Shown here: in pieces, positions 31,071 to 40,591 of the stretch | Layout: the number at the start of each line of letters is the position of its first letter | Numbering within the stretch: position 1 is the stretch's first letter | Assembly: GCA_050015575.1 (NCBI GenBank) | Contig: JBEKBD010000001.1 | Coordinates: 5,441-69,440, forward strand | DNA from: Roseiarcus sp. | Lineage (GTDB): Bacteria; Pseudomonadota; Alphaproteobacteria; Rhizobiales; Beijerinckiaceae | Direction: 5' to 3' | Length of the DNA stretch: 64,000 nucleotides | The notes under the pieces: generated by a model | What the model was told of the DNA's origin: nothing | Databases searched by the model: none | Seen by the model: only the letters and a program-made list of their open reading frames with translations | Made by a program: the position numbers and the translations under genes

Positions 31071-32486
31071 CTATCGTTCGCGAGCCGCAACGCTCTCCAG
31101 CCGAAGCGGCAAGCGGGTCGCGGCGAGGAAGGTCAAAGCGTGAAGGCCGCCGAGCAGCGCGAACGCCAAAGCGTAGGCGGTTGAAACCGAAGCGCCGGCG
31201 ACAGGCGATCCGAGCTTCCACGCCAGGACAGAAGCGCAAAGCGTCGTCATCGTCGGGCCGCCGAGACGCTGGACAATGTTGAGCGAGGTTGTCGCCATCG
31301 GCAGGTCATGGCGGCTGACCGACGCATAGGCGGCGGCCATCGACGGCAGCCCCACCGCGCCCATCCCCATCCCGCGGAGGAAAAGAGCGGGGAGAAACAC
31401 AATCAGGTCGAGACCGTGGATAGCGAGGACCGCCAGCGGCGCCGTGGCGAGGAAGGCCAGCAGCGCGCCGCCTGCGGACACTGGACGGTTGCCGAATCGC
31501 TCCGTTAACGCGCCCATCAGCGGGGTGGAGAACATCACGCCCATCCCCAGCGGCGCGAGCATCCATCCCATTTCGCCCGGCGCGCGACCGCACGCCTGAA
31601 TGAGAAAGGCCGGGATGAGCATCTGGCCGGCGAATAATCCGCCGTTCGACAGAAACTGCGTGACGGCGACGGTCGAAAAGACGTCGCTCTTGAATAGGCG
31701 CAGATCGACCAGCGCGTCGTCGCCCTTCCGCCGGGCAGTCCAAAGGAAGAGAGCGATCATCGCCGCGCCGACGGCGAAGTAGCCGCGGCCAGGCGCCTGG
31801 CCGATCCCCTCCGCGCCATAAAGGACCATCGCCAAACCGGGCGACAGCAAAGCCAGACCGAGCCAATCCAGACGCCGGCCCTTCGTCTCGTGGCGATCGC
31901 TGGGCAGGAACAACGCCGTCATCAGGATCGCGACGGCGCCGACCGGCAGATTGACCAGAAAGAGCCAGCGCCAGGACGCGTATTGCAGGATGGCGCCGGC
32001 GAAGACGGGGCCGAACACCGGCGCCAGCAGGACTGGGAAAGACATATAGCCCGCCACGCGCGCCATATGCTGACCCGCCGCCCGGGCGACCATCATCTGC
32101 GCCATGGGGGCCAGCAGACCGCCGCTGACGCCCTGCAAGACGCGGAACGCGATCAGCGACGGCGCCGACCAGGCGAGACCGCACAGCGCCGACGACACCG
32201 TGAAGGCCGAGAAGCACCAGAGATAGAGCGCCTTCGCGCCGATCCGGTCGACCAGCCATCCGTTCAGCGGCAGCACCAGGGTCAGCGCCAGCAGATAACC
32301 GCTGGTGACCCACTGGATGGTCGACAGATCGGCGTGCAAATCCGCCGCCAGATTCGACAGCGAGACGTTGACGATCGTCGCGTCGAGCTGTGACAGCAGC
32401 GCGCCGAACAGCGCGACGGCGGAGACTTTCCAGACGGAGGGGTCGAGCCGATGGGCGGGGTCGGCGTCCGCGCTCCTATCCGTCAC
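31071..32486 (-). CDS. DHA2 (EmrB/QacA) MFS efflux transporter
   Basis: SQLDATIVNVSL, WVTSGYLLAL, GWLVDRIG, FRVLQG, WRWLFLVNLPVG. GTG overlaps the upstream stop. Confidence 0.9.
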   Translation of the reverse strand: MTDRSADADPAHRLDPSVWKVSAVALFGALLSQLDATIVNVSLSNLAADLHADLSTIQWVTSGYLLALTLVLPLNGWLVDRIGAKALYLWCFSAFTVSSALCGLAWSAPSLIAFRVLQGVSGGLLAPMAQMMVARAAGQHMARVAGYMSFPVLLAPVFGPVFAGAILQYASWRWLFLVNLPVGAVAILMTALFLPSDRHETKGRRLDWLGLALLSPGLAMVLYGAEGIGQAPGRGYFAVGAAMIALFLWTARRKGDDALVDLRLFKSDVFSTVAVTQFLSNGGLFAGQMLIPAFLIQACGRAPGEMGWMLAPLGMGVMFSTPLMGALTERFGNRPVSAGGALLAFLATAPLAVLAIHGLDLIVFLPALFLRGMGMGAVGLPSMAAAYASVSRHDLPMATTSLNIVQRLGGPTMTTLCASVLAWKLGSPVAGASVSTAYALAFALLGGLHALTFLAATRLPLRLESVAARER

Positions 32487-32824
32487 GAGCCGGCGGGCGA
32501 ATTGCCGCCGTGAAACCGCCCGAAACCGCGCGCGGACACGACGCTGATAAGGAGGCCTCCCAAACCTGCGGCGACAATGTTGTCGGCGGCGCGGAAATCG
32601 AAGTCGCCCACGCGGACGACGAGAAGATAGGCGAGGACGAAGTTGGCGAAACCCCACAGCGCGTTCACGGTCGACGACGAGAGGCCTTGCCCCGGCGGTT
32701 TGGCGAACGGGCTCTGAAACGGCCGCCCCGTCACGCCGCTGACGAAATGCGGAACGGCGTTGGCGAGACAGGCGCCGCCGCAGAAATAGGACGCGTCGCT
32801 CAACCAATCCACGGTGACGGGCAT
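32483..32824 (-). CDS. Conserved small membrane protein
   Basis: GACLANAVPHFVSGVTGRPFQSPFAKPPGQGLSSSTVNALWG...FGRFHGG. Coupled to the MFS gene. Confidence 0.75.
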   Translation of the reverse strand: MPVTVDWLSDASYFCGGACLANAVPHFVSGVTGRPFQSPFAKPPGQGLSSSTVNALWGFANFVLAYLLVVRVGDFDFRAADNIVAAGLGGLLISVVSARGFGRFHGGNSPAGS

Positions 32825-32880
32825 CTGTGTCTCCCAAAGGTTCCAAAGATCTTGCTCGGCGGCGCCGACCGCTTTGCGTG

Positions 32881-33318
32881 TCAGGGGTCGCCGACCCGCC
32901 GGATGACAGGGACGGCGGCGGCGAGCGTTGTGAGCGCGGCGGGATCGAGCTCGGCGAGGACGCCGACCAGCCAGTTGCGCTTGGCGGCGCGATGCCGGAT
33001 TCTCACCGCCGCGCCCGCCTGGGTCAAAGCGAACAGCACCTGTCGCCGATCGGTCGGATGGGGCCGGCGCTCGACCAGTCCGTCTTGCTCCAGACTTGCG
33101 AGGATGACGCCCATCGACTGTGGCGTCATCGCCTCGGCGCGCGCCAGATCGGCGGTGGTCGTCGGGCCGCCCTGCTCGAGGCGGGACAAAGCGGCCATCT
33201 GGGAAATGGCCAGCTCGCTCGGATTGGCTTCCGCGCGCAGCCGTCGCAACAGCCTGCCGATCGCCGTCGTCAGGTCCGCGGCGAGACGGTCCAAGGAGGG
33301 GTCGGGTTCGACGGCCAT
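32881..33318 (-). CDS. MarR family regulator
   Basis: ISQMAALSRLEQGGPTTTADLARAEAMTPQSM...LEQDGLVERRPHPTDRRQV. Confidence 0.92.
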   Translation of the reverse strand: MAVEPDPSLDRLAADLTTAIGRLLRRLRAEANPSELAISQMAALSRLEQGGPTTTADLARAEAMTPQSMGVILASLEQDGLVERRPHPTDRRQVLFALTQAGAAVRIRHRAAKRNWLVGVLAELDPAALTTLAAAVPVIRRVGDP

Positions 33319-33343
33319 AACCGCATCGTAGACAACGGCAGGT

Positions 33344-33357
33344 AAACTTGCAAGTTT
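33344..33357. promoter_or_regulatory. Probable MarR operator
   Basis: Perfect palindrome AAACTTGCAAGTTT, 26 bp upstream of the marR ATG. Confidence 0.65.
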
Positions 33358-33405
33358 GTCTTCTAATTTGGCGAGTCGGCGCGGCATGGCCGGCCCCGCA
33401 TCGAT

Positions 33406-34161
33406 TCAGCCGCGTCTCCCCGCCGGGTAATCGATTCGCATGAGATAGAGCCCGCACGCCGGCGCGACCTGCCCGCAGCGGCTGCGATCGGCGGCTGCGA
33501 GCGCCGCCTCGAGATCCGCCGCGCTCCATCGGCCGAGCCCGACCTCGACCAGCGAGCCGACCATCGAGCGCACTTGTCGATGCAGAAAGGATAGCGCGGC
33601 GACGGAAAATTCGACGCGGTCGCCGTCGCGCGTCACGTCGAGCCGCGCCAGGGTGCGCACCGGCGATTTGGCCTGGCATTGGGAATCGCGAAAGGTGGAG
33701 AAGTCGTGCCGGCCGATCAGCGCCCGCGCCGCCTCCTGCATCGCCGCGGCGTCGAGCCGGCGCTTGACCTGCCAGGCGCGGCCGCGCTCGAAGGTCAACG
33801 GCGCGCGCCGGTTGACGATGCGATAGAGATAGCAGCGCATCGCCGCGCTGCGGCGGGCGTCGAAATCGTCGCTCGCCGGCTCGGCTGCGAGCACCGCGAT
33901 CGGCTGGGGCGCGAGATGCGCGTTGATCGCCTCGCCGAGGCGCCAGCCGCGCCACTCGCGCTCGAGATCGACGTGCGCGACCTGCCCCATCGCATGAACC
34001 CCGGCGTCGGTGCGGCCGGCGCCGTGAACGATGAGGCTCTCGCCGGTCAGCGCGAAGAGCGCCTCTTCCAGCGCCTGCTGGATCGACGCGCCGTTCGCCT
34101 GACGCTGCCAACCCGCGTAATTCGCGCCGTCGTATTCGATCGTCAGCTTGTAGCGCGGCAT
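33406..34161 (-). CDS. truA: tRNA pseudouridine(38-40) synthase
   Basis: [44 protein letters not shown]. Confidence 0.96.
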   Translation of the reverse strand: MPRYKLTIEYDGANYAGWQRQANGASIQQALEEALFALTGESLIVHGAGRTDAGVHAMGQVAHVDLEREWRGWRLGEAINAHLAPQPIAVLAAEPASDDFDARRSAAMRCYLYRIVNRRAPLTFERGRAWQVKRRLDAAAMQEAARALIGRHDFSTFRDSQCQAKSPVRTLARLDVTRDGDRVEFSVAALSFLHRQVRSMVGSLVEVGLGRWSAADLEAALAAADRSRCGQVAPACGLYLMRIDYPAGRRG

Positions 34162-34170
34162 CGCCCCCGC

Positions 34171-35169
34171 CTAGACCGTCAGCACGATCTTGCCGAAATG
34201 CGCGGAGCTTTCGATGCGCCGATGCGCCTCGGCCGCCGCGGCGAGGGGAAAGACCGAATCGATGACCGGCTTGCAGCGCCCCTGAGCCAGCAGCGGCCAC
34301 ACCCTGGCGCGCAGCGCCTCGGCGATCGCCGCCTTTTCGCCGACCGTGCGCGGGCGCAGGGTCGAGCCGGTGTGAAAGAGCCGCTTGGCCATGAGGACCT
34401 GCAAGTCGATCTCGCTTTTTTGTCCGTGCAGGAACGCGATCTGCACGATGCGCCCGTCGCGCGCCGCGGCGGCGTAGTTGCGCGCGACGTAATCGCCGCC
34501 GACCATGTCGAGAATGACGTCGGCGCCCTTGCCGCCGGTCGCGGCGAGCGTCGCCAGGACGAAGTCTTCCGTGCGGTAGTTGACCGCAAGGTCGGCGCCG
34601 AGCCCGACGCACGCCTTCGCCTTTTCGTCCGAGCCCACGGTCGCGATGACGCGCGCGCCGAACGCCTTGGCGAACTGGATCGCGGTCGCGCCGATCCCGG
34701 AGCCTCCACCATGCACGAGCAGCGTCTCGCCGGCCTTCAGCGCGCCGCGCTCGAAGACGTTGGTCCAGACGGTGAAGGCGGTTTCGGGAATCGCCGCGGC
34801 CTCGACCGGAGAAAGCCCGGCGGGAACCGGCAGCGCGTTGCTTTCATGGACGACGCAATATTCGGCGTAGCCGCCGCCGGGCGCCAGCGCCGTGACGCGC
34901 GCGCCGAGCGCGTGGCGCGACGCGCCGGGCCCGAGCGCGACTGTTTCGCCCGCGACTTCCAGGCCGAGGACGTCCGAAGCGCCGGGCGGCGGCTGATAAT
35001 GGCCCTGGCGCTGCAAGACGTCGGGACGGTTGACGCCCGCCGCTTCGACCCGGACGAGGATTTCGCCGGCGCCGGGAATAGGGCGCGGCCGGGTCTGAAG
35101 CTCCAGAACCTCCGGCCCGCCGGGACGGGTCGCGACGATCGCGCGCATGGTTTCGGGCAGTTCGGGCAT
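34171..35169 (-). CDS. NAD(P)H-quinone oxidoreductase (PIG3/zeta-crystallin type)
   Basis: AAGVNRPDVLQRQG, GLEVAG, GGGYAEY, IPETAFTVW, VHGGGSGIG, HFGKIVL. Confidence 0.9.
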   Translation of the reverse strand: MPELPETMRAIVATRPGGPEVLELQTRPRPIPGAGEILVRVEAAGVNRPDVLQRQGHYQPPPGASDVLGLEVAGETVALGPGASRHALGARVTALAPGGGYAEYCVVHESNALPVPAGLSPVEAAAIPETAFTVWTNVFERGALKAGETLLVHGGGSGIGATAIQFAKAFGARVIATVGSDEKAKACVGLGADLAVNYRTEDFVLATLAATGGKGADVILDMVGGDYVARNYAAAARDGRIVQIAFLHGQKSEIDLQVLMAKRLFHTGSTLRPRTVGEKAAIAEALRARVWPLLAQGRCKPVIDSVFPLAAAAEAHRRIESSAHFGKIVLTV

Positions 35170-35222
35170 GGTCGCGGCCTCTCGAAGATCTCGCGGGTTG
35201 TCGGACGCGCCGAGGCGCCGAG

Positions 35223-35867
35223 TCAATGCGCGGGCGCGACGGGCGCGGTTGCGCCGTCGAGCGCTGGGGCGGCGCGGAACGCCGGCAACGCTTCGGCGCG
35301 CGCCGAGAACGCGGCGAGCCGGGGGCAACGCGTCTTATCGACGATGTCGGCGAGCAGGATCTGGGTGAAGCCGAACGCGCAGACGACGCTGATGTCGGCG
35401 AGGCCGAGATCGCCGCCGCCGATCCAGCCCGCGCTCGGCAGTTCGCGCTCCAGCGCTTCGAGCCCCGCGCTCAATTGCCGTTCGACCCGCGCGATCCAGG
35501 GTTCGCTGCGACGTTCGGGCGGCCGCAGCGCCCGCTCGTAGTGGCGCTGCACCGCCTTTTCCATCACGGTCAGCGCGAGGCCGGTCGCCCGCAAGGCGCC
35601 GAGCCGCGCGGCGGGCGCGCGCGGCGTCAAAGCGGCGAGCGCGGGCGAAACGGAAGCGAGATAGTCGAGGATGACGCTCGAATCCATCAGCACGGCGCCA
35701 TCGTCGGCGACGAGGGTCGGCGCCTTGAGCAGCGGATTGATTTTCGTGAATTGGTCGACGTGGCGGAACAGCGAAATCGGCCGGTGGGTGAAGGGAACCC
35801 CCGCGGCGAGCATCGCCACCGCCACGCGGCGCACATAAGGCGAATCGAGCATTCCGATGAGCTGCAT
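35223..35867 (-). CDS. Glutathione S-transferase family protein
   Basis: LDSPYVRRV, NPLLKAPTL, LMDSSVILDYL, LADISV. Confidence 0.9.
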   Translation of the reverse strand: MQLIGMLDSPYVRRVAVAMLAAGVPFTHRPISLFRHVDQFTKINPLLKAPTLVADDGAVLMDSSVILDYLASVSPALAALTPRAPAARLGALRATGLALTVMEKAVQRHYERALRPPERRSEPWIARVERQLSAGLEALERELPSAGWIGGGDLGLADISVVCAFGFTQILLADIVDKTRCPRLAAFSARAEALPAFRAAPALDGATAPVAPAH

Positions 35868-35945
35868 GGCCCCGTTCCCCTGCTTCCCCCGCGCGCCGCG
35901 CGTCGGCGAACCGTGTTCCGATGCGGGCGCGCCCGACGACGAGGC

Positions 35946-36305
35946 TCAGGATCGCCCGGCCGCGCCGCGTCGGTAGGCCGCGTCCATCGCTTCCAAGGCG
36001 AAGCGCGCGGCGACGGTCGCGGGGCCGCCGCCCATTTCCATGCCCACCCCGACCGCTTCCAACACCTCCTCGAAGCTGGCGTTGGCGCGGGCGGCCTGCT
36101 CGATATGCCACTGCATGCAGGATTCGCAGTTGATGACGACCGAGATGCCGACGGCGACGAGCTCCTTGTGCCTCTTCGACAAAGCGCCGTCGGCGTAAGC
36201 CGCCTGCTCCATGGTCAGAAAGGCCTTGTAGACGTTGGAATCCAGCGCCAGCAGCCGCTGATGCGCCCTCTCGCGCCGTTCTGCGATCGCTTTCAAGTCG
36301 CTCAT
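35946..36305 (-). CDS. Carboxymuconolactone decarboxylase/AhpD-like protein
   Basis: DGALSKRHKELVAVGIS..INCESCMQWH (CxxC), EEVLEAVGV...GGGP. Confidence 0.88.
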   Translation of the reverse strand: MSDLKAIAERRERAHQRLLALDSNVYKAFLTMEQAAYADGALSKRHKELVAVGISVVINCESCMQWHIEQAARANASFEEVLEAVGVGMEMGGGPATVAARFALEAMDAAYRRGAAGRS

Positions 36306-36613
36306 GTCGCGATGTCTCCCCGATCGGCTCAACCTATCGGACGCCTCGAACAACCTCAATCCGGAGCGGGCCGATCTCGGTCGTGACGCGGGCGCGGCCC
36401 CAGCGTCGAAGAAAAGCCCGAAGCGCCGCCGCCGTGCGGCTTGCTTCGTCGCTGCCGCGTCACGAGGCGGGACGCGCCCGACATGCGGCGGGAGGATCGA
36501 GGGCCGGGCCCGTTCGCCGCCCGGCGTCCGACGCTTCGCACGGCAGCGCGCGCCGGCGCATCGGCCGTTCAATCGACGCGCGGCTCGAAGGTTTCGCGAG
36601 CGGTCGAGTGTGT

Positions 36614-36689
36614 TGGCGCTCCCAAGGGGGATCGAACCCCTGTTTTCGCCGTGAGAGGGCGACGTCCTGGGCCGCTAGACGATGGGAGC
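36614..36689 (-). tRNA. tRNA-Glu (anticodon CTC)
   Basis: Reverse complement GCTCCCATCGTCTAGCGGCCCAGGACGTCGCCCTCTCACGGCGAAAACAGGGGTTCGATCCCCCTTGGGAGCGCCA. Confidence 0.97.
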
Positions 36690-36808
36690 GCGGTCGCGGC
36701 GAGAGGGCGTTCTATATCGGCGCGACGGCGCGAAGGCAAGGCGAGCGACGCCGACTCGCCGTCCATGCGAGGGTCGATGAGCAGCCGCAGCGAGGCGCCG
36801 CGAAGCGC

Positions 36809-37453
36809 TCAATCCGGCGGCGGCGGGTAGGCCCTCAGGAACATCGCCACCGCGGCGTCGACCGTGGCGTCGATCTCCTCGGTGGTGACCGTATCGACCA
36901 TCGCGAACAGCACCCGCTTGAGGGTGTCGGCGGTGCACAGGTCGATGAATTGGCGCGCCGCCCGCTCGGTGTCGTCGACCGCCAGCTTCCCGGCGGCGAC
37001 GAAGCGGTCGAGCCGCTCGGCGAGCAGGCGCACGCCGTAGAGCGGCCCGGCCTCGTAAAACGCCCGGCCGAGGCGCGGGAATTTCGGCGCCGCGGCGACG
37101 ACGACGCGCGCCTGGGCGAGCATATCCGGGCTGATGATCTTCGCCACCAGCCGCCGCCCATAAGTGGCGAGCGCCGTCGCGGGCTCGGTCTCGTCGCCGG
37201 GAAACACGCACATCCGCTCGGCCTGCGTCGCGCGCTCTTCGCGAATCAGCGTTTCGAACAATTGCTCCTTGGAGTCGAAGTAGGCGTACAGCGTTCCCTT
37301 GGAGACGCCGGCGGATTGCGCGATGTCGTTCATGCTGGCGCCGTCGAAGCCCTGCTGGTGAAAAACCGTTCGCGCGCCCTCCATGATCTGTCGCCGCTTG
37401 GCGCCGCCGTCGCCCGCGTGCGCGTCATGCCGCTCCAAGATCTCCGCACCCAT
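36809..37453 (-). CDS. TetR/AcrR family regulator
   Basis: KRRQIMEGARTVF...GFDGASMNDIAQSAGVSKGTLYAYFDSKEQLF. Divergent from emrAB. Confidence 0.93.
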   Translation of the reverse strand: MGAEILERHDAHAGDGGAKRRQIMEGARTVFHQQGFDGASMNDIAQSAGVSKGTLYAYFDSKEQLFETLIREERATQAERMCVFPGDETEPATALATYGRRLVAKIISPDMLAQARVVVAAAPKFPRLGRAFYEAGPLYGVRLLAERLDRFVAAGKLAVDDTERAARQFIDLCTADTLKRVLFAMVDTVTTEEIDATVDAAVAMFLRAYPPPPD

Positions 37454-37486
37454 CGCCGCCGTCGCCTCCAAAAGGCCGAGTGAAAA

Positions 37487-37570
37487 AAATGACCGAACCG
37501 TTCGGTTTGGTCTTGATTTAGTCACGAGCGCGAACTACGTCAATAACGAAATGACCGAACGGTTCGGTTT
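37487..37570. promoter_or_regulatory. Twin palindromic TetR operators
   Basis: AAATGACCGAAC(C/G)GTTCGGTTT at 37487-37508 and 37549-37570 (21/22 identical); core ACCGAAC-N-GTTCGGT is palindromic. Confidence 0.8.
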
Positions 37571-37588
37571 TACCCCGGGTGCTTCAGA

Positions 37589-38869
37589 ATGTCGCAGGAC
37601 CAGACTCATTCTCCGTCGGTCGCGCTCGCGCCGACGCACGAACACCCGCCGATGGCCCCCTACGTGGCGCGCGACGCCGCCGTAGCGCCGGAGCCCGCCG
37701 CGCCGCCGACGGCGCGCCCGCCCCGTTCGCCCCGCCGTTTCATCCTGCCGGCGATCGCCCTCGCGGCGCTCGGCTACGGCGGCTACTTCGCCTGGGATTG
37801 GTTCGTCGAAGGACGCTTCCTCGTCACCACCGACGACGCCTATGTCGGCGCCGACACGGCGATCATCGCCGCCAAGGTCGCCGCCCACGTCGCCGAGGTC
37901 GCGGTCGCCGACAACGCCGTCGTCCACGCGGGCGATCTCTTGGTCAGGCTCGACGAGGGCGACTACCGTCTCGCGGTCGAGGCCGCCAAGGCCAAGATCG
38001 CCACTCAGGATGCGACGATCGCGCGCATCGGCCGGCAGATCGAGGCGCAGGACGCCGCGATTGGGCAAGCCGCGGCGCAAGTCGACGCCGCGGCCGCGCA
38101 ACAGCAAGGCGCCGAGGCCGACCAACAGCGCGCCGCGCTCGAATTCGATCGCTCGCAAAAGCTCGCGGAGACGAACTTCGGTTCGCAGCAACGCCTGGAG
38201 CAGGCCGCCGCCGACCGTGCGCGCACCGCCGCGGCCGCGGCCGCGGCGAACGCCGCCAAAGCCTCCGCCGAAGCGGCGCTCGCCGGGGCCAAGGACAATT
38301 TGGACGTGCTGAAGGCGCAGCAGACCGAGGCCGTGCGGGTGCGCGGCGAACTGGCCAACGCCGAGGAAAAGGCCGAGCGCGATCTTTCCTTCACCGAAAT
38401 TCGCGCCCCCTTCGACGGCGTCGTCGGCAACAAGGCGGTCGAAGTCGGCCAGTACGCGCTGCCGGGCACGCGGCTGCTGGCGCTGGTTCCCCTGACCAGC
38501 GCCTATGTCGACGCCAATTTCAAGGAGACCCAGCTCGCCTCGATCCATCCCGGCCAGAAGGTCGACATCGCCGTCGATTCCTACGGCGGACGGGTGATCC
38601 CGGGCGTCGTCGTCTCGATCGCGCCGGCCTCGGGCGCGGAGTTCTCGCTGCTGCCGCCCGACAACGCGACCGGCAACTTCACCAAGGTGGTGCAGCGCAT
38701 CGCCGTCCGCATCGCGGTGGACCCCGAGGCGCTGAAGGAGGGAACGCTGCGGCCGGGCCTGTCGGTCGTGGCCTCGGTGCGCACCCGCGACGAAAGCCGG
38801 CCCAAGCCGACCCTGCTCGGCTTGTTCGGGTTCGGCGCCGCGGCCGGAGAACAGGGCGCGAGGCCGTGA
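37589..38869 (+). CDS. emrA: EmrA/HlyD membrane fusion protein
   Basis: TTDDAYV, V.AGDLL.RLD, TEIRAPFDG, YVDANFKETQL, PPDNATGNFTKVVQR. Confidence 0.9.
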   Translation: MSQDQTHSPSVALAPTHEHPPMAPYVARDAAVAPEPAAPPTARPPRSPRRFILPAIALAALGYGGYFAWDWFVEGRFLVTTDDAYVGADTAIIAAKVAAHVAEVAVADNAVVHAGDLLVRLDEGDYRLAVEAAKAKIATQDATIARIGRQIEAQDAAIGQAAAQVDAAAAQQQGAEADQQRAALEFDRSQKLAETNFGSQQRLEQAAADRARTAAAAAAANAAKASAEAALAGAKDNLDVLKAQQTEAVRVRGELANAEEKAERDLSFTEIRAPFDGVVGNKAVEVGQYALPGTRLLALVPLTSAYVDANFKETQLASIHPGQKVDIAVDSYGGRVIPGVVVSIAPASGAEFSLLPPDNATGNFTKVVQRIAVRIAVDPEALKEGTLRPGLSVVASVRTRDESRPKPTLLGLFGFGAAAGEQGARP

Positions 38870-40455
38870 GCGCGACGGCCGCGGCGATTCCGCAGCGCGC
38901 TTACGCGCCTGCGGCGGCGGGCGAGCGTTTCGAGCCGCGCCGCCTCTTCGCCTTCATCTTCATGGTGTTCGGCATGTTCATGGCGATCCTGGACATCCAG
39001 GTCGTCTCCGCCTCGCTGTCCGAAATTCAGGCCGGGCTTTCGGCCTCGCAGGACGAAATCACTTGGGTGCAGACAAGCTATCTCATCGCCGAAGTCATCA
39101 TGATCCCGCTGTCGGGATTCCTGTCGCGCGCGTTCTCCACCCGCACGGTGTTCGTCGCCTCGGCCGCTGGCTTCACCCTGATGAGCTTTTTCTGCTCCCA
39201 GGCGTCCTCGATCGACGAGATGATCGTCTGGCGGGCGTTGCAGGGCTTCATCGGCGGGGGCATGATCCCGACGGTCTTCGCCGCGGCGTTCACCATCTTT
39301 CCGCGCAGCAAGCAGCCGATTATCGCGCCGATCATCGGGCTGGTGGCGACTTTGGCCCCGACCATCGGACCGACCGTCGGCGGTTATCTGACCGATCTCT
39401 TTTCCTGGCATTGGCTGTTTCTGGTCAACATCGTTCCCGGGATCATCGTCTCCACTGCGACCTGGTTCCTGATCGATTTCGACAAGCCCGATCTGAAGCT
39501 GCTCAAGAATTTCGATTGGACCGGCCTCGCTGCGATGGCCGCCTTTCTCGGCGCGCTCGAATACGTGCTGGAGGAGGGCCCGTCGAAAGATTGGCTGCAA
39601 AGCGAGCCGGTGACGGCCGCCTTCGTCCTATCGGGCCTCGGCGCCATCGTCTTCTTCTGGCGCGCGTTCACGGCGCGTCAGCCGATCGTCGATCTCGGCG
39701 CGTTCGCCGACCGCAATTTCTGGACCGGCTCGGCGCTGGCCTTCGTTCTCGGCATCGGTCTCTACGGTCTGACCTATATCTACCCCGTCTACCTTGCCGC
39801 GGTGCGCGGCTATTCGGCGCTGATGATCGGCGACACGATGTTCGTCACCGGGGTGTGCATGTTCATCATGGCGCCGATTTCCGGGCGGCTGATGGGCAAG
39901 GTCGATCCCCGGCTGATGATCGCGGTCGGCTTCGTCGGCTTCGCCATCGGCACCTGGCAGGCCTCGTTCATCACCGCCGACTGGGATTTCTGGGAATTGC
40001 TCGTTCCCCAGATGTTTCGCGGCTTCTCGCTGATGCTGTGCATGGTGCCGATCAACAATCTCGCGCTCGGCACGATGCCGCCGGACCGCATCAAGAACGC
40101 CTCGGGTCTGTTCAACCTGATGCGCAACCTCGGGGGCGCGTTCGGGCTGGCGCTGATCAACACGACGCTCGACAAGCGCATGGACTTGCACCTCGAGCGC
40201 TTGCGCGAGGCGGTCGTGTGGGGCCGGTCCGCCGCGGACGAGACGCTGGCCGAGATGACGGCGGCGCTGGCGGCGCGCGGCTCCGACGCCGCGCTCGCGG
40301 CGACGCGCGAAATGGCGCTGATGGTGCGCCGGCAGGCCGAAGTGCTGGCGCTCGGCGACGTTTTTCTCGCGCTGACCGCGGTCTTTCTCGCGCTGGTCGG
40401 GCTCGCGGCGTTCATGCGCCGTCCGCAGACGGCGGCGGCCGGCGGCGGCCATTGA
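38866..40455 (+). CDS. emrB: EmrB DHA2 efflux transporter
   Basis: MFMAILDIQVVSASL, WVQTSYLIAE, WRALQGFIGG, WHWLFLVNIVPG, ASGLFNLMRNLGG. GTGA overlap. Confidence 0.9.
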   Translation: MSATAAAIPQRAYAPAAAGERFEPRRLFAFIFMVFGMFMAILDIQVVSASLSEIQAGLSASQDEITWVQTSYLIAEVIMIPLSGFLSRAFSTRTVFVASAAGFTLMSFFCSQASSIDEMIVWRALQGFIGGGMIPTVFAAAFTIFPRSKQPIIAPIIGLVATLAPTIGPTVGGYLTDLFSWHWLFLVNIVPGIIVSTATWFLIDFDKPDLKLLKNFDWTGLAAMAAFLGALEYVLEEGPSKDWLQSEPVTAAFVLSGLGAIVFFWRAFTARQPIVDLGAFADRNFWTGSALAFVLGIGLYGLTYIYPVYLAAVRGYSALMIGDTMFVTGVCMFIMAPISGRLMGKVDPRLMIAVGFVGFAIGTWQASFITADWDFWELLVPQMFRGFSLMLCMVPINNLALGTMPPDRIKNASGLFNLMRNLGGAFGLALINTTLDKRMDLHLERLREAVVWGRSAADETLAEMTAALAARGSDAALAATREMALMVRRQAEVLALGDVFLALTAVFLALVGLAAFMRRPQTAAAGGGH

Positions 40456-40485
40456 CCAAACGCTCGGACTCGCTATTGCCGGCCC

Positions 40486-40591
40486 TTGCGCGCGCGAGCG
40501 GTCCCGACCATATTACGCGTTGAGCGCGGCGCGCCGGCCCGGGGCCGGCCCTCTCACGCCCTACGCCGCGACGAAAGATAAGAGGTCTTCC
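40486..40591 (+). promoter_or_regulatory. Promoter plus structured leader (ybhL-leader-like) with anti-SD
   Basis: TTGCGC-N17-CATATT; stems 40525-31/40564-70 and 40533-39/40543-49; CCTCT (40550-54) can pair with SD AGAGG (40581-85). Confidence 0.45.

Noticed and set aside
36381-36465. 11-bp inverted repeat downstream of tRNA-Glu
   Set aside because: No duplicated tRNA 3' end, integrase or compositional shift, so no evidence of an island.
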